From Psammoneis japonica (lineage: Eukaryota), in the NCBI GenBank assembly GCA_008632985.1, contig QPGO01000017.1, positions 496,001-560,000 on the forward strand: a DNA stretch of 64,000 nucleotides, given 5' to 3'. A program made the translations under genes and the position numbers. The notes beneath the pieces are model-generated. The model was given only the letters and a program-made list of their open reading frames with translations, ran no database searches and was not told where the DNA came from. This document shows, one piece after another, positions 39,301-47,649 of this stretch (positions are counted from its first letter, which is position 1; each line of letters opens with the position of its first letter).

Positions 39301-42131
39301 AGTTGTGGAACGAAAGTCTTGGAGTGATTTGGCCGATTCGGTCAGTGATTGCGGGCGCAGAAAAAAGCGACTTGACTGCGTTCGCATCGGGGGAGAAAGT
39401 TCATGCGAAGGTGGTTGCCAACTCTGTCGAATGAAACACAGTGGATGCAAAAGAATTTTGTTTGTCATTGAGGGTGCGCGTTGTCTTCAACGTGACAACG
39501 ACCAAAAATGTGATGCTGTGGAGCGTTGCCAATGCTGCAAGGAACTGGCGCAGCATCATGGATCAGGACTCGTTCAAGAAACTCTCGAAGGCACGCTTCG
39601 AACCTTGCAAATCAATCACAACTGCTTGGTTTTGTTTGCAAGAGGATGCAATGAAACGATCGATGTGCTCTTCATCATGCGCGAAATGCTGGCCGCGTCA
39701 ACCGATCGAGAGCCTTCACTGTCCTGTGATCAATGTTGTGCGAATGCTCGACGGCGCATTGTTCCAGAAAGTGACCCCTGTCACCACCCGCCTCTCATGA
39801 GAGGAAAGCTTCAGATTCACCAAGCGGAGAGTTTCCTCAGAAGAATGTGCCTTGGTCAACTTCGTGAATTCCAAAATGCAATTCACCACAACACTGATTC
39901 TTTGCCAGCCCCCAATCACAGCATCAACGAGGAAATTATCGAGATTGATGAAGAAACGCCCCAGAAACGCCCAAGGACAAATTTGTCAAGTGCAAAATCT
40001 GTTCAAGAAGTCACACTCTGTGACGACACCTCAAGCAATGACAGTGAGAGCGTCGTGGATCTGTTGAACGACTCCCAGGATGAGATTGAACTTTTGGAAG
40101 ATGGCGGGTGGAGCAAAGCCAAAGCGGCAGTGAAGAATCCGCTACAGAGATTTCAGGAGTGACGCCAGCAAGGTCTGGAAAGCAGCGTGCCAAGATCTCT
40201 TAGAAGCAGAAAGTCAACAGTTTGAACAAAGTGTTGAGAAGTGGCTTGAACAGCTGGGTTGGCACGAAGATGACGAGTGCCCTGTTGTGCCCAGAAACAT
40301 GATTTTGTTTTGGTGTGTTCATTTGCAACTGAGTGGAAATGCCATTGTTCAAATGGTTCGAACCTCAGCAGAGCTGGAAAGTTTCTAGGCAAAGTGGGGG
40401 TGCGCATCCAATGATGCGCTGTCAACAACACCCAGAGTCACGCAACGAGTTGGGTTGCTGGAACAAAGGCCAAGCGCAGCGAATCCCCCAACGAATCGAA
40501 CACCTGCGGCTGCCGCAAGTGGACGCACAGGCATTGAATCACATGGAACAGCTCAACGCACTTCTGCAACTCCAGCTCGACAGGCTCTTGACTTCCAAGT
40601 GTCCCAGAGCTGCATGATCTGTGAAATGGAAATGAGGGGACACGATCAATTTGAGACATCCTGCCATCATGTCTTTCATCTAGAATGCACCGTGAGTTGG
40701 GTTGAGGGGACTGCTGCTCGAAAATGTCCTCGCTGCAGCGCTGATGGAATTGGTCTCCCCAAACGAGCAAGGCCACCTGCAGCATGCATGCAGACAAAAG
40801 GTCATTTTTGTCACGCCCTTTGTGACATTTAAAGGCTGCAACACGTCGCCGTGATGCATCAACTCTTGTCAGTGGCTGCACATTGCACTCCTCCCCATGT
40901 GTCACGCGTCCATGCGGCTCTTTACCAACGTGCACTGAAAAACGGTTTTGGCAGAACAGTGTGGGCATGTGCGAAGGAACACGCAGAACTGCACAGAGTT
41001 TTGCGCGTTCGACAGTGATCAACGTTGCTGCAGACAACTCCCACTCAGGGTTTCGAACCCCTGGCCTCCTGCCTGATGGTTGCGATGAACCACTCCGCTG
41101 TGAATTCACAATGCAGCATGCATGCAAACAAAAGGTTGTTTTTGTCACGCCCTTTGTGACATTTAAAGGCTGTAACACGTCGCCGTGGTGCATTGACTCT
41201 TGCCAGCAGCTGTGCATTGCACACCACAAATTCCCAGGGGACAAGGCCCAATTGGACAGAGATCGGCACTGGCACAGGCAACTCCTTCCAAAGCATCGAA
41301 GCCTTCCATTCCGTGCAGGGAGAACGACTGCGCTCAAGTGGCCCAAGAGGCCCGTCTTCATCGCTTTGAACAGTCTGGTGAGATGCGCTGCAATTCTGGA
41401 GCAGCAACGGATCGAACCAGTGGCTCGCCTCGACGTGCCTCGAAACGAACCTGGAAATGTCCAAAGCACACCTTCGAAAATGGCATCATCATGGACACAT
41501 GTGAAATGTGTGAACAGCCAAAGCCAAATGCCGCTGTTTGGAGATGCGAAGAGTGCACTTTTGAAAACCTTGCAAGCACCTCAAACTGCAGCATGTGCAC
41601 TGCTGTCAATCCATTCTTCATCTGCCCCGAAACGGTTGACTCTCAAACATCATTTGCCACAGTTCCAGTGGCGAGAGGTTTGAATGAAGATCCGGTTGCC
41701 TCCGATTGTGGAAGAAACATTGCCCCGACAGTGCCACCAGCAATCTCATCAGGTCAAGGTCCAATGCCTCTGAGGAAAGTTGCCTGTGGCGCGCGCAGAC
41801 GTCAGGGCCACAATCGAACATCGGCGACCGCCGAAAACTGCCCTGCATTCAATCTGCATTCAATCATCCTAGCGAAATTGCCAGGCACCAGCAAAAACGA
41901 GCTCAAGCAGAGGAGCAAGCCAGACAGAAATGTGCAGATGCAACCCGATTTGCCACCGAAACAAATGATGCCCTAGAACGAAACAATGCTCTTCAAATGG
42001 AAATGCAGCGAATGTTGCAGCATTCGATCAGGCAAGACGAAGAGCTCAAGAGGATGCAGGCGGAAGAAGTCAAACGAAAGCAGAAAGCCGCTGAACAAGC
42101 AGAAAAGCGCGCACGATGTCTTGCAGATTGA
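36308..42131 (+). pseudogene. MUS81-like (ERCC4/XPF family) structure-specific endonuclease pseudogene with extra domains, split by an insertion
   Basis: Ubiquitin-like N-terminus; Mus81 winged-helix-like segment (RPCIPDCASGALSILQIL..LAQEKC..TAFACVESLTDKGFL); RLIIDNRE; ERCC4 core ELPAGE..VVERKSWSDLADSVSDCG..FVIEG; RING (CMICE..CHHVFHLECTVSW..CPRC); two RanBP2 zinc fingers (WKCPKHTFEN..CEMC, WRCEECTFEN..CSMC); several frameshifts. Confidence 0.75.
37795..39200. mobile_element. Insertion interrupting the ERCC4 domain (probable transposon fragment with AT-rich end)
   Basis: Unrelated sequence between the DNRE motif (~37770) and ELPAGE (~39230); A/T-run-rich segment 37800-38200 and foreign ORF fragment 38592-39263; no TIR/TSD identified. 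Confidence 0.45.
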
Positions 42132-42149
42132 AGCCGCCCACTGGGGCCC

Positions 42150-43270
42150 CACAGACATTTTCAAGTCAAGTTTCTCATGTTGACGACTCTCGCCTTGGTG
42201 CGGTGGCTTGTGTTCAAGGATTCGACTTCGAAGTTCCTCGATTCTCTCGGTGCCCTCCGAGTCCTCAATGTTTGAAAATGCTTCGACAACCAAGTCGAAA
42301 GTGACTTTGGTTGGCTTTTGATCTCGATCACCAGCAAGATGCTGCAAACACACAGTGAGGAGTTGGTTGGCCGCCTGGCTGTTTGTCACTGGACGTCCGA
42401 ATCTGATGCTGCAGCTGCTGCAGATGTCATGCAGGCCTTGATTGTTGCTGTGCAACTCACAGCATTTGGTTTGGCACCAAGATGCCCACCAACCAAGAAC
42501 AAACTGGTCATTCTGCACAAAATTTCGTCTGCATTGCGCCCCGATTCGACACTCTTCGAGTTTGCATGAGCGTTGACACGTGTTGAGCACGAAATGACGT
42601 CTGGCCACAATGACTCATTGTTCCATCATTTTGAGCAGTTGCGTCACTTGGTCTGCATTGTTCTCTCTTAGGAAATGCATTTGAGCATGCATTGTAAACG
42701 AATGTGTTCGGCTTGACGTTTTCATGCCCCATCTGGTGACTCTGTGCATTTCCTGAAGAATTCGGGCTGCTTTGTCAGTGGACTCAGGGTCGCTGCAACT
42801 CTTCCATTCTCAAGAGGAGCCTTGCAGCATGATCTGCACAGTTCGCTTCATGGCTTCTTGCCATTGAGTTGATCACCAAGTTAAATTTCCTGGCGTCTGG
42901 CTTCAACTCAGGGTCTTTTGACTCCAAATGGGCTTCCCAAAGTCTCTCCATTGTCTTCTCAGTGCATTTGTGAGCATCTTTGGATGAAGATCTGACCCAT
43001 GGTGTGATTGCTGAGTTGCAAGCAATGTAATTTGGCTGCACAAATGCACAGTCCTCAAGATCCAATTTGTTGCCAACATCTTCTTCACTCTCTGATGATT
43101 CAGATGACAGCTGAGCAACCCAGTCTAAGAGAGCTTCGGCCTTTTCTGTGGCATCTGGCTGCCAACTTTGCACCCAAGCATTGATGAAAGCATTGAATGT
43201 GAAAACATTTGGATGAATCTCTAACTCCAAACCCATTTGGATGTCTTGAAGCTTCTTCAGAAGCATTTCC
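42150..43270 (-). pseudogene. Pentatricopeptide-repeat (PPR) protein fragment, decayed
   Basis: PPR-like motifs PNVFTFNAFINAWVQS, PNYIACNSAITPWVRS, PDARKFNLVINSMARS, PNTFVYNACSNA, PDVISCSTRVNAHANS spread over several frames. Confidence 0.8.
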
Positions 43271-43308
43271 TTGATTTTGGCCGCTGGGTGCTTCTGGACG
43301 TGTTTCGA

Positions 43309-44128
43309 GCCTCAGTTTTGACAGCGCACTTTGACTGTTGGGATGCCCAGCAAATGCCATTGTGATGACAATGCTGTCAAAGCAGCCACTTGAATGTAAG
43401 GCAAATCTTCCACTTTGCCATGGACAAGCTTCACATTGCCACAGCAAGTGCCACGTTGTTGAAGATTGCATCTTGCAATGGAAACAAGTTTCTCACTTCG
43501 CTTGACTCCACGTGTCTCATGTTTGTCAGCATGCTGTGCAAGAAGATCCCCATTCCAAACAACACCTCTAGAACAGGTGGACCTCCAATGGGCAGATTTT
43601 CATGCAGCCATCACAGGTTCCAGCAGTTTTTGTGTGTGTTGTGTTGAGCTGATCTGCAAAAGAGGCTTTGTCTGCTGGGCTCCTCGGAACAAACAATGTC
43701 GCTGCAAGATTCCTTGTTTCCCATCATGTGCTCTCTCTCTCTCTCTCTGGCTCTAGAGCTAGAGAGAGAGAGAGTGGAAAGTGGTGAGTGTTGTTGTCTC
43801 ACATTTGCTGCTTTCAGGCCAAGAATGTGGAGTTCGCATCTGCTCTCGATCAGTGACAACGCAGGGGGGTGAGGCGAGTTCGTTTCGAACTTCGTGAAAC
43901 TGATTGTTCAGTGAAAAATGCTTGAACTGATGCAATGCCTCAAGCTAAGTTTTGATGATGCCCCATAACATAGCGTCGTCCTCCATTCTGATTGACAAAA
44001 TGAAAATGAAATGACGCAACGGGAACTCCAAACTGGCGGATGAACTTGGTCGGACGGGTCGCAGGAAACTTTTTCGCGCCATTTCTGACACGAAAAAGGC
44101 GCGCATGACAACCCGTGACACGGGCTTC
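43309..44128 (-). pseudogene. Decayed direct duplicate of the methyltransferase 5' part and its upstream region (paralogous to 12681-13493)
   Basis: Colinear alignment by eye; translates to MGNKESCSDIVCSEEP and GCFDSIVITMAFAGHPNSQSALSKLR versus MGNKESRGDIVYSEEP and GYFDSVVITMAFTGYPDSQRAMSELR. Confidence 0.93.
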
Positions 44129-44219
44129 GCTTTTCGATCAACTTGAAACTCATCCCACAAAGAAAAAGAGAGAAAAGGAAAAAGATACACGAGATTCAAC
44201 AGCGTACAGTAGAACGAAA

Positions 44220-44624
44220 ATGACGGAGCTACACGGACACGGCGACCCCTTGTTGTCGGTTGCTATGAAAGACAATGTGATCTTGAAGGCGAAAGAGGAC
44301 GCGACGACGGGCCAGGTGGTGGATCACTCAGCCGGAGGACACGGTGATCCCCTCTTTCAGGAGGCTCTGGGGCGCTCTCCACCGAAAGCGCCCTTGCATA
44401 AGGAGTTTGAAGGACATGGTGATCCACTCATGGAGGAAGTCGAGAAGACGTGGGAGGGGATCCCTGCAGAGAAGAAGAACTTGAATCATCACGATGTGGT
44501 GCACACCGAGTTTCAAAGCCACGGCGATCCTTTATTGAAGGAGCATTGCAAGCCTGCCGAGAACTATCCTCGCGACAAGGCCGCTGAAAAGCCGCCAAAT
44601 TGGAGGAGTGTATTCGGATTCTAG
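44220..44624 (+). CDS. Small hypothetical protein (134 aa) with four (G/S)HGDPL repeats
   Basis: ATG at 44220, normal composition; GHGDPLL, GHGDPLF, GHGDPLM, SHGDPLL. Confidence 0.75.
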   Translation: MTELHGHGDPLLSVAMKDNVILKAKEDATTGQVVDHSAGGHGDPLFQEALGRSPPKAPLHKEFEGHGDPLMEEVEKTWEGIPAEKKNLNHHDVVHTEFQSHGDPLLKEHCKPAENYPRDKAAEKPPNWRSVFGF

Positions 44625-45213
44625 CAGCTCAAGTACAGTTTGAGGGCATGATGTGATTTAGTTGAGGAAACGTTTATCCAAGTAGAGTGACAGAAGGATT
44701 CCATTGTTTAGAAACACAAGCTGAATAGTCACACTTATTTTGCTTTTCGCTCAATCCTAAAATGAACTTGTGAGCTGACTTTCAGTTTCGCGTAGAGTTC
44801 CTCTTGGTTCCACCGCCTGAAGCTACCAGAACTTGCGGAATGTTTGCAGATCCGCCATCGGGACCACCACTGCCTTGCTCAACCCTTCCTAGTGAATTTA
44901 TACTCTGTTTCGAGATCTGTGCCAATGTTCCGAGACAAACATAAATCAAGGCGGTATAGATCCTGTCAGAGCAGAGTCGTTGTTTCGTGCGCCGGAAGCA
45001 CCTCGCTGTCCCCTCGTCACCGAATCATGCGCAAGGTCAGACAGGCATGTTGTCGCAGTTCGGCAGTACAACAACTACAACTGGAAAAGACAATCCGTAT
45101 AATTAAGGCTCAGATCACTAGAGTAAAATAGTTAAATCCTTCCTCACGAGCGCCAAACCATGTGTGCAGCCACGGCAAAGCACACGAAACGCAGCCAAGC
45201 ACACAGACACATT

Positions 45214-45831
45214 CTAACGGTAACGCTTGAGACGCTGCGTGTTGCGACGAAGCCAGGCAGCACGGTAACTTCCTCCGATAATTCCATTGGCACGGTGTCC
45301 ACGCTTGCGGAGACCACGAGACTTGCGTCCAGCACTGGTAAGTCCACGGCATTCGCGGTGCTTGTGCACCGGGTTGACAATCCAGTTGATGCGTGGGTCG
45401 TTGCGGATCTTTTGATGAGAAGGATCCACCAAAATGATTTCGTAGTACTTCATGGTAGCATCTTGGTTAATCCAGTACGAGTTAAGGACGCGAAGGTTGG
45501 CGTATTGACGTCCCACCTTCTCTTCAGCTACACTCTGCAAATTACGTTCAAACTTGAGTTGGTTAATACCCTGGTGCTTGGGCTTACCCCAGACCATACC
45601 ACGGTGGTTCTGGCGCTTGCGTCCTCCGCGGCGAACACCGACACGGACAACAACATATCCCTGCTTGGCCTTGTATCCCAAGCGGTGGGCCTTGTCGGTA
45701 CGGGTGGGACGGTGAAGACGCACCATCTTGGGGCGCTGACGGTACTCCCACGCACGGACGCGGAACAAGAATCGGAGAGCATCCGATTGCTTGTGGCGCC
45801 AAAGCTCCTCCATATACTTGTAGCCTCCCAT
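45214..45831 (-). CDS. RPL15: 60S ribosomal protein L15 (eL15)
   Basis: [57 protein letters not shown]. Confidence 0.98.
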   Translation of the reverse strand: MGGYKYMEELWRHKQSDALRFLFRVRAWEYRQRPKMVRLHRPTRTDKAHRLGYKAKQGYVVVRVGVRRGGRKRQNHRGMVWGKPKHQGINQLKFERNLQSVAEEKVGRQYANLRVLNSYWINQDATMKYYEIILVDPSHQKIRNDPRINWIVNPVHKHRECRGLTSAGRKSRGLRKRGHRANGIIGGSYRAAWLRRNTQRLKRYR

Positions 45832-46621
45832 GATTTATGAGTTCTAAAGTATAACAATGGCAAACAAAAGCACAAGGTCAGAATGATTGACGCGATGAGA
45901 GAGCATCACTTTTTCCATCCAACAACGGGTCATGAGCAGCGTCTTCCGAAACAAAAATTGTGCCGATTCCGCTTCTGCATCCCACTGTCTCGCACACATG
46001 CTTTCAGAGGGACATTCTTCTAGCTTCTCGTGGTCAAAGTTCAAACGATCATTCCTCTGCTGTGACTGCCGACGGCGTTTCATCATCGTCATGTTGCTAC
46101 GTACCGCTTGAGAAATTGTCTCAAGTCTGTGGGGTGCTGCGGTGCTGCGGTACAATGTTTTTATACGAAGGCTACATACGTTACTTTCTACACAGGATCC
46201 TGGTACTGAGTTGTACCACTTACTAAATTGAAACCTACGTATCGCAGTACCAGGCTTCACGTAGGTGACCGCCTGCTCAGTGATCCCGCCGGCATCATCT
46301 TGTTGCACGTCGCGTTGTTTCGCAAGAAGGTATGACAACAACCATGGCGAATGTCAAAGTCATTCTGCGTCTTTTGTCCTTCACATACTGATACGATCGA
46401 TAATGATGTGTTTACGAGAGTTCTTTGCTTTGATAGTGCCTGAAAAGAGGACCGACACGTCGTACACCGTTTTTGCAGACCATGGTGGCTGTCGTCGTGG
46501 TTGTTCGACGGACTGGTTGCCAGACGGCCTATGGAATCGAAAAATAAAGAGCACAACCCGCGCCTTTTTCTCACGATTGTCATTGTTTTCCTTGTTGACT
46601 TAGTTCAAGTTTTGATTCAAA

Positions 46622-47068
46622 ATGGTTCAAGTTTCCGACTCCCTCGTTTGGGAGCTTACTAAGAAGAACACCAGCTTTATGAGGAAGGTAAATGGCCGCA
46701 CCAAGCGCTCGGGATGTGTCAAGTTTTCGACCGAAAAGGGAAACGTCAAGAACCTTTCTCTCTTCAAGTACTCAGGTCTCGCCAACAGCAAGGCTGTCGA
46801 TGTTGTTTGCGCAGACGACAACACCGCTGAGCTCATTATCAAAACTGCCTCCAAGGCACACTCCTACCCGAAAAAGGGACAAGCCACCATTCCCGTCAAC
46901 AAGCACTTTCGTCGGGTGGAAAAGACCATCAAGTCGCAAGCGATTGATAACTACTACCGTCCTGATTTGAAAGATGCCGTTCTTGCCAAGTACACCAAGG
47001 TTTACCAAGCCAACAGAATTGCCAAGGGAACGAAGAAGCCTGTGCCGGTCAAGAAGGGACGTAACTAA
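46622..47068 (+). CDS. RPL28: 60S ribosomal protein L28 (eL28)
   Basis: SDSLVWELTKKNTSFMRK..FSTEKGNVKNLSLFKYSGLANSK..YYRPDLK. Confidence 0.93.
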   Translation: MVQVSDSLVWELTKKNTSFMRKVNGRTKRSGCVKFSTEKGNVKNLSLFKYSGLANSKAVDVVCADDNTAELIIKTASKAHSYPKKGQATIPVNKHFRRVEKTIKSQAIDNYYRPDLKDAVLAKYTKVYQANRIAKGTKKPVPVKKGRN

Positions 47069-47649
47069 ACAAAACACGATATGTTATCGACCACAGAGTC
47101 TTTGCTACTCTTTTCACTTTTTCGGATTTGTACGCCTGAGTAGGTTGACTGGATTTTTGTGTTTAAGCCCATACCAATATAGACTAGTGCATTGGCCTCT
47201 ACCAGGTATGGCAAATCTACTTGCTAGCGAACAAGGCTTGGACCTCGCCGGTCGCAGCAATAGTAGTTCATCGTTCGTCGACACTCGGGAGGTCAGAAAC
47301 TGCAATCGCACAAAGACTCAAGGACATCGTAAGCGGGAGAGAGAAAGCACTGTAGAGTGTGAACTGGTCGAGACGAAGAAGCTCTAGTAGAGCGTTTTTC
47401 TGATCCACAAATCATCTTAAAGCTAAACCAAGGGGACTGCAAATAAGGATGCTGCGAACCGCCTGCATGCTACTACCCCGCGGAATCATAAGCACCTTTA
47501 AGATGTTAACTTAATATTTACTTCACTAGAGCTTTGATGAAAATAGCTCTTACACGGCTGGGCTACACTGCCGCATTAGACAACCATGGTTCCCATGCAC
47601 TTCAACAAACATATTCCAAAACCATACACCAAGCTGATGCCAATAACGG

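Larger units (their letters stand above)
13600..43935. other. Large degraded block C (~30 kb) with two Copia elements, host-gene pseudogenes and unidentified older repeat DNA
   Basis: TpA near-absent throughout; CpG low in 13.6-28.7 kb but largely retained in much of 28.7-42.7 kb. Confidence 0.85.

Noticed and set aside
45160..45840. 226-aa plus-strand ORF overlapping RPL15, and similar antisense ORFs over other genes and gag-pol
   Set aside because: Antisense shadows of real coding sequence with no independent motifs
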